A DNA stretch of 64,000 nucleotides from Candidatus Hydrogenedens sp. (GCA_049968235.1 JBMFRC010000003.1:192001-256000), one strand, 5' to 3'; shown: positions 9,501 through 19,566, numbered from the stretch's first letter. Numbers and translations are program-made. The notes: generated from the letters alone by a model not told the origin.

Positions 9501-10673
9501 TTATGGGGTGAAATCTATGGATGGGGTCAATGAAAGTATCCAATTTTTTATTAATTTTATAGCATTTTCTACATCTGTCAATGAGACAATTTCTACGGGT
9601 GTATGCATATAACGATTGGGAATACCAATAAGTCCTGTGGCAACGCCTTTACGACTTAATTGAATTGCATTTGCATCGGTTCCTGTGGCTCGCGGTGCAG
9701 GCATAAGTTGATAAGGGATTTTCTGATTTTGGGCTATTTTTATTAAACCTTCAAGCACTTTTGGATTGATATTAGGTCCTTTATCAAGAATAGGACCTTT
9801 TCCCAATTTAATTTCAGCATATCGGGCTTTGTCAATTCCCGGATGGTCAGTTGCCCAGCCGACATCAACTGCTATGGCGGTATGGGGTTCGCATGCAAAT
9901 GCACTTGTAATAGCGCCTCGTAAGCCAATTTCCTCTTGAACCGTAGTAACGCAATACACAGCTACTTTCAGTTTATTTTTTGGCAGACTGCGTATGGCTT
10001 CAAGACAGACGAAAGCACCAATACGGTCGTCCAATCCACGCGCAGAAATCAAGTTGTTTTTGAGTTCGCGAACAGAAACATCTAAAGTAATCGGGTCGGC
10101 TACAGATACTATTTTTTCTGCCTCTTTCTTGCTCGTAACTCCAATGTCAATCCATAATTCATATAGTTCGGGAGTTTTTTCTCGTTCTTTCTCCGGCGTT
10201 AGATGAATGGGCTTTCTGCCAATAACACCATATACAGGACCTTTTGCTGAGTGTACTACTACTCTTTGTCCAGGAAGCACAGCGGTATCTACACCGCCGA
10301 TAGATACTCCATGAATAAAACCATTATCATCGATTGAATTAACCATCAGTCCAATCTCATCTACATGTCCACAAAGCATAACTCGCAAAGGTGCGTTTTT
10401 ATTGATTACAAAAAATTGGTTTCCATGAACATCTTTATAGATGTAATCGGCATAGCCGGTCATATATTCTTTACATTTTTCCTGAATTTTGACTTCAAAT
10501 CCCGAAGGACTTGGAGTACTAAGTAAATCATAGAGAAAAGATTTTGATGCAGTTGATAACATGGCAGTAATCCTTTGTTCTTTGCTATAAACTAACATAC
10601 AGGGAACAAGCAGAACAAGTGAAAAGGATACAATGAAGGCTAAAAAGCAGATATAAAAAATTTCTATTAACAA
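9501..10673 (-). CDS. M42 family peptidase (FrvX/TET aminopeptidase-like) with an N-terminal TM anchor
   Basis: HVDEIGLMV and QEEIGLRGA metal-binding motifs are present. There is an N-terminal hydrophobic helix. Confidence 0.7.
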   Translation of the reverse strand: MLIEIFYICFLAFIVSFSLVLLVPCMLVYSKEQRITAMLSTASKSFLYDLLSTPSPSGFEVKIQEKCKEYMTGYADYIYKDVHGNQFFVINKNAPLRVMLCGHVDEIGLMVNSIDDNGFIHGVSIGGVDTAVLPGQRVVVHSAKGPVYGVIGRKPIHLTPEKEREKTPELYELWIDIGVTSKKEAEKIVSVADPITLDVSVRELKNNLISARGLDDRIGAFVCLEAIRSLPKNKLKVAVYCVTTVQEEIGLRGAITSAFACEPHTAIAVDVGWATDHPGIDKARYAEIKLGKGPILDKGPNINPKVLEGLIKIAQNQKIPYQLMPAPRATGTDANAIQLSRKGVATGLIGIPNRYMHTPVEIVSLTDVENAIKLIKNWILSLTPSIDFTP

Positions 10674-10925
10674 TTAATTGTTGACAAAAATATAAAATAA
10701 ACAAAATACTACCCCTATTCTTAAATAACAAGGACCTGCAGAACAAAAATGTTTTATATCTAACAATCTATAATTTTTTTATCACCTCGTAATTTATTAT
10801 ACCTCAATTCTCAAAATTTTGCTTGAAAATTTAACTTTTTCTGTAAAATAAATCCTTATATTCCATAGATATATACAAATAGACGAAAATTTTGTTACAA
10901 AAATTTAAATTTTTTAAAATTTTAT

Positions 10926-10954
10926 TTGACAAAACGGGTTAATTCGTGTTAAAT
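10926..10954 (+). promoter_or_regulatory. Sigma-70-like promoter candidate TTGACA-N17-TTAAAT upstream of the M23 peptidase/bactofilin pair
   Basis: ttgaca at 10926-10931, a 17-nt spacer, and ttaaat at 10949-10954. It lies ~90 nt upstream of the GTG start at 11046, in an AT-rich intergenic region. Confidence 0.3.
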
Positions 10955-11045
10955 TTGAATTTACCTTAAAATTGAAAATTGAATTAATAGATATATATAA
11001 ATTGAGGAAAGGGAATAAACCTTTTTCTATAAGGAGCCGAATCGC

Positions 11046-12059
11046 GTGAAATCGTGGACAATAATCAGGCTTCCTAAAAAGGAAGGTGAGAAAATCCATG
11101 TAAGGTTATCGCCGGGCGTATTTGGTTTTATTTTATTTTTAATTGCGGTGCTTACATTCTTTACTTCCTTTTTATATACCCGCCAGCATATTATTTCTAC
11201 ACATCTGTCGGAATTAAAGCAAATAAACCGCAATTTGGAATATGCAACGGGTAATGGAAATACTGGTCAGGCAGTTGCAAATGGCGTTTCTGAAGAGGAA
11301 TTGCGACGCATAGAGAATCAACTTCGTTCAGAATATGAATCCACAATAGCGGTGATTACATCACAATTGAATGAATTGCTGGAAATAGAGACCAAAGCAC
11401 GGCAGGCAACGGGTCTAACTCCGAAATACAAGACGCCGGCGGTGGATACTACAAACAGGAACGAGGGGGGAAAAGGAGGTCCAGCAGGGAAACCTTTTAA
11501 CACGGAGTTTCAAGTAAATCGTAACACCATAAGCGTTCCCACCTTTTTACATAGATCCAATCGACTTTCGGCAGACTTAATATTACAGGAAATTGCGTTA
11601 CGTAAAATAGGACTGCAGGATTTGCTCAAAGGGGTAGAGGCAAAAAATGTTAAGATTGAGCGTACACCAAATAGTTGGCCTCTTGCGAGACGGATGGGTA
11701 AGTTGACGTCCTATTTTGGATATCGTATAGACCCATTCACGCGGAGAATAAAACATCATGATGGATTGGACATTTCAGCACCTTACGGCACGCAGGTAAT
11801 ATCCGCTGGTAAAGGGACGGTAAGTTTTGCGGGGCGTGAAGGGGATTATGGGAAGATGGTTATTATTGACCATGGCGATGGTATGCAGACTGCATATGCT
11901 CATCTATCACAGATTCATGTTACTGTGGGTCAAAAAGTGGAAAAAGGACAGGTTATCGGTGCAGTAGGGAGCACAGGTAGAAGTACAGGTCCGCATTTAC
12001 ATTTTGAAGTCCGAATTGGAAAGCAATCCGTAAATCCGTTAAAATACTTGAGTAGATAA
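11046..12059 (+). CDS. LytM/M23 family metallopeptidase with an N-terminal TM and coiled-coil region
   Basis: HHDGLDISAP...GDYGKMVIIDHGDGMQTAYAHL...GSTGRSTGPHLHFEV. GTG start with an AAGGAG Shine-Dalgarno 9 nt upstream. Confidence 0.8.
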   Translation: MKSWTIIRLPKKEGEKIHVRLSPGVFGFILFLIAVLTFFTSFLYTRQHIISTHLSELKQINRNLEYATGNGNTGQAVANGVSEEELRRIENQLRSEYESTIAVITSQLNELLEIETKARQATGLTPKYKTPAVDTTNRNEGGKGGPAGKPFNTEFQVNRNTISVPTFLHRSNRLSADLILQEIALRKIGLQDLLKGVEAKNVKIERTPNSWPLARRMGKLTSYFGYRIDPFTRRIKHHDGLDISAPYGTQVISAGKGTVSFAGREGDYGKMVIIDHGDGMQTAYAHLSQIHVTVGQKVEKGQVIGAVGSTGRSTGPHLHFEVRIGKQSVNPLKYLSR

Positions 12060-12127
12060 CAATTGTTGGCTTTTTAATAAATCGGTCTTTTATAAAAACC
12101 AAGTGAATTAAAGAGTAGGAAAGTATT

Positions 12128-12505
12128 ATGTTAGATGTAAGAAAGAAAGGTCCTGGTGAAATGGATGTAAAGAGTGTAATTGGTCCGGGCACAGTAGTAA
12201 ATGGTGATATAACATCAGAAGGCTCACTCCGAATAGAAGGAGAGGTCATCGGTAAGATCACCAGTAAAGATACTGTTGTAATTCATGATAACGGAAAAGT
12301 TAAAGCAGAGATTCGGGGACAGCAGGTTATCGTAAGCGGTGAAGTCCAAGGAAATATCTTTGCAACGGAGCGATTGGAAATTACCGCTTCCGGTAGAGTT
12401 ATTGGGGATATTACTGCTCCCCGCGTTAGTATTGCAGAAGGAGTCGTGTTTGAAGGAAAATGTACCATGAAACCCCCTTCATCTCCGAAATCTCAGCAGA
12501 AGTAA
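12128..12505 (+). CDS. Bactofilin (DUF583 polymer-forming cytoskeletal protein)
   Basis: 125 aa of beta-helical repeats: VNGDITSEGSLRIEGEVIGKITS...VSGEVQGNIFA...ASGRVIGDITAP. Confidence 0.8.
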   Translation: MLDVRKKGPGEMDVKSVIGPGTVVNGDITSEGSLRIEGEVIGKITSKDTVVIHDNGKVKAEIRGQQVIVSGEVQGNIFATERLEITASGRVIGDITAPRVSIAEGVVFEGKCTMKPPSSPKSQQK

Positions 12506-12538
12506 AAGAGAGTATTCAAGTCTGATAGGTCGGATGTA

Positions 12539-13015
12539 TCAGGTACTATTATCTTTCAATTTCATTTTTTTTAGTTTCCTCCAGAGTGTGTTTCTGCCAA
12601 TACCTAATCTGCGTGCTGTTTCTGAACGATTAAAATGACATTCTGCCAGAGTTTTTAGTATGGTTTCGGTTTCCAGTTCCATGAGCGTTACGGATTTTTT
12701 TTCGAGCATAGTTTTACCCGTTTTCCATTGTCCAAGGGCTCTTTGTATCATCATGGCTACTTCATCCGGCTGGAAAGGAATAAAAATATATCCATATACT
12801 CCTTGTCTCATTAATTCTACCGCCTGAGGTATTTGTTGTGCTGAAGCAAGAACGAGCGTGGGTTGATTTTCTGCATGTCGCAATGCAAACGAATAATCAT
12901 CGGTAATCAATACATCAGCGGAATCGTTTACAATAACGTATCCATATGCCTCAATGAGCATTTTCAGAGTAAACTCGTTGATAGGTTGTTGAATAACTAA
13001 TTTTATACGAGCCAT
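12539..13015 (-). CDS. Small regulator with a receiver-like (apparently non-phosphorylatable) domain and a Fis-type HTH
   Basis: The C-terminus ETILKTLAECHFNRSETARRLGIGRNTLWRKLKK is an HTH_8/Fis fold. The N-terminal receiver fold has QQ in place of the acidic pair and no AAA+ domain. Confidence 0.45.
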   Translation of the reverse strand: MARIKLVIQQPINEFTLKMLIEAYGYVIVNDSADVLITDDYSFALRHAENQPTLVLASAQQIPQAVELMRQGVYGYIFIPFQPDEVAMMIQRALGQWKTGKTMLEKKSVTLMELETETILKTLAECHFNRSETARRLGIGRNTLWRKLKKMKLKDNST

Positions 13016-13102
13016 GTAAACAATCCTTTTACTTTCCTTTTTTTATACATAGTATAATACATTCCAAAAAGAATTAATATAGAAGGGAACTATCGGAAAT
13101 TT

Positions 13103-14503
13103 ATGTCTCAATCCGTTTATGAAAATACTACTGCCAAACATTTACTATGGGTAGAAGCCATTCGTGAAGTGTTCTATATGTCCTGGCCTATTGTGTTAGG
13201 TTCCCTTTCCTATACGGTTATGGAATTCTGTGATAAATGGATGGTCGCTCAATTAGGAACGGTATCTCTGGCGGCGGTCGGTTCTGCAGGAATATGGTCC
13301 TATACGATGAGCACATTACTGTTGGGTATTGTCGGTTGCACAGGGACATTCGTGGCACAGTCGTATGGTAAAGAAGTGTGGAAAGATTGTTCGAGGTATA
13401 CATGGCAGGGAATTTATCTGGCATTGTTCTCTATCCTGTTGGCAGGGGTATTGTTCGTTTTTTCAGAGTTGTTGTTTTCATGGATGAAGCACAGTCCCGA
13501 AGTAACCCGCCAAGAACTAATTTATTTCCGTATCCGATTACTGGGCTATTTCCCGATGGCTATGGGTTCCGCTTTAGCATCATTTTTCCCTTCTATCAAC
13601 AAACCTCGTGTTCCCATGTATTCTGCCATTATAGGAAATATCTTAAATTTAATATTAAACTATATTCTGATTTTTGGTAAATTAGGATTTCCACGGCTGG
13701 AAATAGCTGGCGCCAGTTATGCTACTGTAATCTCGCAATGGACGCAGACATTAATTCTATTCTTTCTCTTTCTGAAACCGAAATTACATCAAAAATTTGG
13801 GACACGGACATATCATCATTTTGATTTACGACGGATGAAGGAATTAATACGAATTGGGATACCTGCGGGTCTATCTATGTTTTTAGATATTTGTAATTGG
13901 AGTATATTTACCAGTTTCATCGTAGGTAGGTTTGGAGATGTTTCCCTTGCATCCCACAATGTAGCCATCAGTTTTATGCACTTGTGTTTTATGCCTGCAG
14001 TTGCTGTGAGTATTGGTATATCTGCCATTGTAGGGCAGTGGTTGGGAAGGCGTGAAGTGCAGATAGCCAAACAACGGGTTTATGTAGCACTGGCGCTTTG
14101 TATGGGGTATATGGTAACAATGGGTATTATTCTTGCCGTTTTTGGGGGTAAACTTATTTACCATATATTTAGTAAAGACCCGGAGGTTGTCCGTTTTGGA
14201 CATCGACTATTAATTTTGGCTGCTTTATTTCAAGCATTTGATGCCGTTAATATTATTTGTTTAGGTGCCTTGCGGGGTGCTGGCGATACCCGCTGGGTTA
14301 TGTGGGCAATGGTTATCAATGCATATTGCCTTTTCCTCCCTCTGGCAATTATTATGGGCTTCATTTTGGGTTGGGGTGCTTTTGGTTCCTGGATTTCTGC
14401 TACTATTTACATTGCTGTTTTAAGTATGACACTCATATATCGTTTCCTTTCTGAAAAGTGGACGAAAATTATTATTTTTTCGGAACAAGTGCCAACTCAA
14501 TAA
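13103..14503 (+). CDS. MATE family efflux transporter
   Basis: 466 aa with ~12 TM helices and a duplicated 6-TM architecture typical of NorM/MurJ-like MATE proteins. Confidence 0.75.
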   Translation: MSQSVYENTTAKHLLWVEAIREVFYMSWPIVLGSLSYTVMEFCDKWMVAQLGTVSLAAVGSAGIWSYTMSTLLLGIVGCTGTFVAQSYGKEVWKDCSRYTWQGIYLALFSILLAGVLFVFSELLFSWMKHSPEVTRQELIYFRIRLLGYFPMAMGSALASFFPSINKPRVPMYSAIIGNILNLILNYILIFGKLGFPRLEIAGASYATVISQWTQTLILFFLFLKPKLHQKFGTRTYHHFDLRRMKELIRIGIPAGLSMFLDICNWSIFTSFIVGRFGDVSLASHNVAISFMHLCFMPAVAVSIGISAIVGQWLGRREVQIAKQRVYVALALCMGYMVTMGIILAVFGGKLIYHIFSKDPEVVRFGHRLLILAALFQAFDAVNIICLGALRGAGDTRWVMWAMVINAYCLFLPLAIIMGFILGWGAFGSWISATIYIAVLSMTLIYRFLSEKWTKIIIFSEQVPTQ

Positions 14504-14633
14504 AACTTCTATTTAAGATTTGCTTTTTATTTTATTGTCGGTTTTCAAATCTATGTTAAATGTGGTATTATGAAATTTAATGCAAATGTGGAATGTTCAG
14601 AAAAGATAAAACCATTATTAGAAGGAGCAATAT

Positions 14634-15320
14634 ATGAATTACAAAAGGACACTGTCAATAATGTTCACAATGATTATTTTTGTGTTCTCAATTATGATGT
14701 TTCTTAAAGCAGAGGACTCAAAATCTGCAGAGAAAGGCGATTGGATTTCATTATTTGATGGGAAATCATTACAGGGTTGGGTTCAATTTATTCCTGACCC
14801 CAATGCAGACCCTTCAAAAACATGGATGATAAAAGACGGAGTTATTCTTTGTACCGGGAAGCCAGCCGGTTATATTCGCACAGACAAAAAATTTGGGAAT
14901 TATCAGTTACAATTGGAATGGCGTTGGGCAGGCTCTCCCGGAAATAGTGGCGTCCTGCTTCATGTTCAGGATAAAGATGAAGTCTGGCCTAAATCTATCG
15001 AGGCACAACTCATGCATAAGAATGCGGGAGATTTCTGGGTAATTGGGGGTACAGATTTTGAGGAGCATCAGAAACACGCAAGCAAAGATGATGACCGTCG
15101 TGTGCCAAAGCGGGAGAAATGTAGTGAAAAGAAGCCTGGCGAGTGGAATCAATATGATATTTGGTGCGATGGGGATACCATTCGTGTTTTTGTAAATGGT
15201 GTATTACAAAATGAAGCACATAAATGCACCGTAACAGAGGGTTATATTGGATTACAAAGCGAAGGGGCCCCTATTGAATTTCGTAATATCAAATTAAGAA
15301 AGTTAGAACCCAAAAAGTAA
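14634..15320 (+). CDS. DUF1080 (3-keto-disaccharide hydrolase-like, concanavalin-like fold) secreted protein
   Basis: It has a signal peptide and the motifs WISLFDGKSLQGW, GYIRTDKKFGNYQLQLEWRW and GYIGLQSEGAPIEFRNIKL. Confidence 0.7.
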   Translation: MNYKRTLSIMFTMIIFVFSIMMFLKAEDSKSAEKGDWISLFDGKSLQGWVQFIPDPNADPSKTWMIKDGVILCTGKPAGYIRTDKKFGNYQLQLEWRWAGSPGNSGVLLHVQDKDEVWPKSIEAQLMHKNAGDFWVIGGTDFEEHQKHASKDDDRRVPKREKCSEKKPGEWNQYDIWCDGDTIRVFVNGVLQNEAHKCTVTEGYIGLQSEGAPIEFRNIKLRKLEPKK

Positions 15321-15503
15321 CCATTCAGAAAGTAATTTTTATCAATTTTGTTTTGTTGTATAATTCTAAAAGTAAAGATATAACTCATTTCTAATAAGCA
15401 AGTTGTGTAAGTTAAAATGGATGAAAATAATTTTTAACTTAAAAAAGAGAAACGAAATGAGTATTCAATGTAATATACTTATAGGAGTAAAAAATAACAT
15501 ATA

Positions 15504-15908
15504 TTGAAGGAAAACACAATGAAAACTTTCTTTTCTTTCCATTGGATATTTACTTCCCTGTTATTACTATGTATTATGGTATTTTTAACAGGATGCCCCA
15601 AACCGGATTTGCAGGTATCCGCATTATCACATCATTTTGGCGGGGATATATATACCGGTACTATAGAGACGGACTGGGAGTTTCAAATTTGGAACGCCGG
15701 TGACAAAAACTCTACCCTATTCTATAAAGTGGAACCTACAAGAAATTGGATTCTTGTAAATCCAGATTCCGGAAAAATTGCTCAATCTGATAAACCGGTA
15801 AATATTTCTGTTCATATCAACCGTAGTAACAATCAAAAGGGATTGCCTTCTTTTGCCACAGGATATATTAAAGTTTCAGGAGGTGGGAAAAAAAAACAAT
15901 TACAGTAA
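15504..15908 (+). CDS. Lipoprotein, N-terminal segment (lipobox LTGC); it ends in an A9 homopolymer and is probably the 5' part of a longer gene
   Basis: Signal peptide plus a Cys lipobox. The stop falls 3 codons after a run of 9 A at 15888-15896. The -1 frame is open from 15872 into the next ORF. Confidence 0.45.
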   Translation: MKENTMKTFFSFHWIFTSLLLLCIMVFLTGCPKPDLQVSALSHHFGGDIYTGTIETDWEFQIWNAGDKNSTLFYKVEPTRNWILVNPDSGKIAQSDKPVNISVHINRSNNQKGLPSFATGYIKVSGGGKKKQLQ

Positions 15909-15967
15909 CAACAGTTCCTAATTTCTATACTGAAGTATTTGGTGGATTTTATAATCGACCTTTTGAT

Positions 15968-16573
15968 TTGTCCAATACCACATTGGTGTTTATACCGGAC
16001 AGTAATAGCCTTCATTTCTATAAGCAGGGAATAAAGAAAAATGTCCAACAATTTCCTCAACAAACACCAGATATAGGACAACCTGCCTTTTTTTCAATTA
16101 GGGACCCATTTTATATAAAATCCACAATAGCCCCGATACCTTTTTATGGAGTTAAATATGATGATATTTACATTTCCAGTAAAGGATTTATCTCTTTCGG
16201 AGCAGAGGGATTGGAACCTACAAGTGTGGGCAGACATTTTGCATATCCACAAATTTCCCTTTTACCTCTGGATGTATTGAAAGCAGATGAAGATGGCGGT
16301 GTTATTTACACTATTCTACCTCAAAAGTTAGTTATTTCATGGATAAACATTCCTCTTGCACAAAATCCGACAATCGGTGAAGATGGTAAGGCATATAAAA
16401 ACAATATTCAGGTTGAGTTGTTCTATGATGGGAAGATTCAGATAACTTATCTTAGCATTGATCCGAAACAATTTGTCGCTGTTGTTGGTTTATCTTGTGG
16501 TGGGGGTGATGGAACAAACCCTCCTGTGCAGGATTTTGTTATCAGTGATTTATCAAGTGCTCCGGAAATATAA
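15968..16573 (+). CDS. Hypothetical protein, probably the C-terminal part of the preceding lipoprotein gene (frameshift at the A9 run)
   Basis: The frame is open upstream to 15872 and overlaps the end of 15504-15908. The track shows a TTG start only. A hairpin terminator follows. Confidence 0.4.
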   Translation: MSNTTLVFIPDSNSLHFYKQGIKKNVQQFPQQTPDIGQPAFFSIRDPFYIKSTIAPIPFYGVKYDDIYISSKGFISFGAEGLEPTSVGRHFAYPQISLLPLDVLKADEDGGVIYTILPQKLVISWINIPLAQNPTIGEDGKAYKNNIQVELFYDGKIQITYLSIDPKQFVAVVGLSCGGGDGTNPPVQDFVISDLSSAPEI

Positions 16574-16586
16574 ATTTTCTAAAATA

Positions 16587-16625
16587 AAACGCTCCGAACA
16601 CCTGAGTTGGGAGCGTTTTGTTTTC
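16587..16625. terminator. Bidirectional rho-independent terminator between convergent genes
   Basis: aaacgctcc-gaacacctgagttg-ggagcgttt followed by tgtttt on the + strand. On the - strand it is followed by ttttatttt, which would terminate rpsU. Confidence 0.55.
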
Positions 16626-16662
16626 GATTATCTCTTGTGCTTGTACTAAATGGAACAAATTT

Positions 16663-16866
16663 CTATTGAACTGTTTCGGATTCCATAATAGAACGGGATA
16701 CCGCTTTGATTAGCCTTCTACGGCGGCGTTCCGATGGTTTTTCATAATGGCGGAGTTCACGAAGTCTCTGCATAATACCATCTTTATTGCACTTTTTCTT
16801 AAAACGCCTCATAGCCTTATCAAAAGACTCTTCCGGCTTAATTCGAACCTTTGTCAAAGAAATCAA
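16663..16866 (-). CDS. rpsU: 30S ribosomal protein S21
   Basis: 67 aa, MISLTKVRIKPEESFDKAMRRFKKKCNKDGI...RRRR, typical of bS21. Confidence 0.9.
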   Translation of the reverse strand: MISLTKVRIKPEESFDKAMRRFKKKCNKDGIMQRLRELRHYEKPSERRRRRLIKAVSRSIMESETVQ

Positions 16867-17090
16867 CCTCCTTTCAATATAAATTTATGAGTTGAAAAGG
16901 ATTTTTATTATATAACAAATAGGGGTAATATTTCAATAGATAATCTATTTTTATTTTTACTTCTATTTATGCTAAAATAATAAATCAATGTAGTGGAGAT
17001 GGGGTTCTCCTAAATCGCCGATGTGGCTGATGACTCCTACCTGAAATATCCTCAATGTAACTCTCTTTATTTTTATGAAAGGAATATGAC

Positions 17091-18284
17091 ATGGAACATC
17101 TATATCTATCTGCATCAATCTGGTTATTTCTCGCCCTAACCTCCGCTATCATTGCATATTACTTGAAGGTTTCTATTGCTTTGATAGAGATTTGTGTAGG
17201 TATTATCGCAGGATATATAGCGACCCATTTTCTACAGACCGATTTGCTTAATAATAATGAAGAATGGTTAAAATTTCTTGCAGGTAGTGGAGCCATTTTT
17301 CTTACTTTCCTTGCAGGTGCTGAATTAGAGCCTACTGTGATTAAAAATAAATGGAAGGAGGTTCTTCTTATCGGCTTGATTGGATTTTTTTCTCCATTTG
17401 TCGGTTGTTCATTGATTGCTCATTTTTTGTTAGGGTGGGACCCGAGAGCCAGTTTGCTATGTGGTGTAGCCCTATCAACTACTTCAATGGCTGTGGTTTA
17501 TGCGGTGATGATTGACACAGGATTAAATGTTACAGAATTTGGGAAGGGCATATTAGGTTCTTGTTTTATCAATGATATCGGGACCGTTCTCGCTTTAGGA
17601 ATCATCTTTGCACCGTTTACCTACAAGACCTTTATCTTTATTACTATAACAATTATTTATCTTGTTCTTTTCCCGTTTTTTACCAACCATCTGACGAAGG
17701 TATATGGGAATCGAACTGCTGCAATTCGAACCAAATGGATTTCATTCACACTGTTCGGATTAGGTGCATTAGCACTATGGTCGGGCAATGAAGCAGTCTT
17801 GCCTGCCTATATAGCGGGTATGGTCCTTGCAGAATTCAGTCAAAGAAATCCTATATGGTTACGAAGATTACGAACTTTGACCATCGGATTTCTTACCCCA
17901 TTTTATTTTTTAAGGGCAGGCACACTTGTATCCGTTCCTGCATTAATTTCTGCACCATTTCTTATCGTTGCCCTATTAGGGGCAAAAGTAGTTTCCAAGA
18001 TATTTGGACTATACCCTTTTATCATACAATTTCGGAAAGAAAAAAATGAACGATGGTATTACACCTTGATGATGTCCACAGGACTCACCTTCGGAACTAT
18101 CTCTGCTCTATTTGGATATTCTCATAATATTATCAATACAGAACAATATTCCTATATAGTAATTGCTGTTATTGCAAGTGCTGTAATTCCAACTATGTTT
18201 GCATCCTACCTCTTCACACCGAGACATCTTTTATCTCAGAAAATTCATGTCTCAAAATCTATACATGAATTATCTGAGGAATAG
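17091..18284 (+). CDS. Cation:proton antiporter (Na+/H+ exchanger family, CPA1/CPA2)
   Basis: 397 aa, polytopic, with a GVALSTTSMAVVYAVMIDTG-type motif. Confidence 0.65.
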   Translation: MEHLYLSASIWLFLALTSAIIAYYLKVSIALIEICVGIIAGYIATHFLQTDLLNNNEEWLKFLAGSGAIFLTFLAGAELEPTVIKNKWKEVLLIGLIGFFSPFVGCSLIAHFLLGWDPRASLLCGVALSTTSMAVVYAVMIDTGLNVTEFGKGILGSCFINDIGTVLALGIIFAPFTYKTFIFITITIIYLVLFPFFTNHLTKVYGNRTAAIRTKWISFTLFGLGALALWSGNEAVLPAYIAGMVLAEFSQRNPIWLRRLRTLTIGFLTPFYFLRAGTLVSVPALISAPFLIVALLGAKVVSKIFGLYPFIIQFRKEKNERWYYTLMMSTGLTFGTISALFGYSHNIINTEQYSYIVIAVIASAVIPTMFASYLFTPRHLLSQKIHVSKSIHELSEE

Positions 18285-18519
18285 TAACCCCGTTACAATG
18301 TAAATAAATTGAATATTCCCTTTAATTTATGCGATAATATAGTCCCCGATAAGTAAAGAGAGCGGTGAGGGGGAAATAATCAGGAAAAAATGCTTCCGTT
18401 CTAAAAGACGGATTGTTAATTGTTAATATACATTTGCAAAATAAAATCACTATATAGCAAACAAGTATTCGTATAAATAAAAACCAAACAAATAACTTTT
18501 AACAAGAAAGGGTTCAGTT

Positions 18520-19518
18520 ATGGCAATCAAGGTTGGTATTAATGGTTTTGGTCGTATTGGTCGCACGGTATTTAAACTTTTGGTAAAAAGCGCTGATTTT
18601 GAGGTTGTTGGCGTTAATGATATTACCGATGCGAAAACTCTGGCTCACTTGCTCAAATACGACAGTGTATTTGGTGTTCTCGATGCAGAAGTAAAGGCAA
18701 CGGAAAATTCAATTATTGTTAATGGGAAAGAATACAAAGTAACTGCAATAAAAGACCCGGCACAACTTCCCTGGAAAGATTTAGGTGCGGAAATTGTAGT
18801 TGAATCAACAGGGATTTTTACCAAGAAGGATGATTGCTTAAAGCATGTTTCTGCGGGTGCTAAAAAAGTTTTGTTAACAGTCCCACCGAAGGATGAAGTG
18901 GATGCTATTATCGTTATGGGTGTAAATGATGAAACATTGAAACCTACGGATGTCGTCGTTTCTAATGCCAGTTGCACTACGAATTGTCTTGCTCCTGTTG
19001 CCAAAGTCCTTCACAAGAATTTTGGAATTATTCGTGGCTTTATGACTACGGTTCATGCTTATACAAATGACCAGCGTGTGCTTGATATGCCTCATAAAGA
19101 CCTTCGTCGTGCCCGTGCTGCTGCGAATTCCATTATTCCTACTACAACCGGTGCAGCAAGAGCGGTTGGTAAAGTATTACCTGAATTAAAAGGGAAATTA
19201 GATGGTTTTGCCATGCGTGTTCCGGTTATTGATGGTTCTGTGGTTGATCTTGTTGCGGAATTGGAAAAGAAAGCGACGAAAGAAGATATTAACAAGGCAA
19301 TTAAAGAGGCATCCGAAACCTTACTTAAAGGCATCCTTGCATACACGGAAGACCCGATAGTCTCCTGTGATGTAATCGGCAACTCACATTCCAGTATTTT
19401 CGATGCACAAAGCACTATGGTAATGGGCGATAACTTTGTAAAAGTAGTATCCTGGTATGATAACGAATTTGGTTATTCCAACCGTTGTGTCGATTTGCTT
19501 AAATTGATGGCAAAATAA
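18520..19518 (+). CDS. gap: Glyceraldehyde-3-phosphate dehydrogenase
   Basis: GINGFGRIGR and SNASCTTNCLAP active-site motifs. Confidence 0.95.
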   Translation: MAIKVGINGFGRIGRTVFKLLVKSADFEVVGVNDITDAKTLAHLLKYDSVFGVLDAEVKATENSIIVNGKEYKVTAIKDPAQLPWKDLGAEIVVESTGIFTKKDDCLKHVSAGAKKVLLTVPPKDEVDAIIVMGVNDETLKPTDVVVSNASCTTNCLAPVAKVLHKNFGIIRGFMTTVHAYTNDQRVLDMPHKDLRRARAAANSIIPTTTGAARAVGKVLPELKGKLDGFAMRVPVIDGSVVDLVAELEKKATKEDINKAIKEASETLLKGILAYTEDPIVSCDVIGNSHSSIFDAQSTMVMGDNFVKVVSWYDNEFGYSNRCVDLLKLMAK

Positions 19519-19566
19519 CCTGTTTAACATATAGAAATAAAAAACAACACACCTTATTGAAAGGAT

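Noticed and set aside
10914-11233. ORFs 10914-11099 (-) and 11027-11233 (-) in the M42/M23 intergenic region
   Set aside because: They are AT-rich promoter DNA read antisense, with low-complexity translations. The region is better explained as the promoter and 5' end of the M23 peptidase gene.
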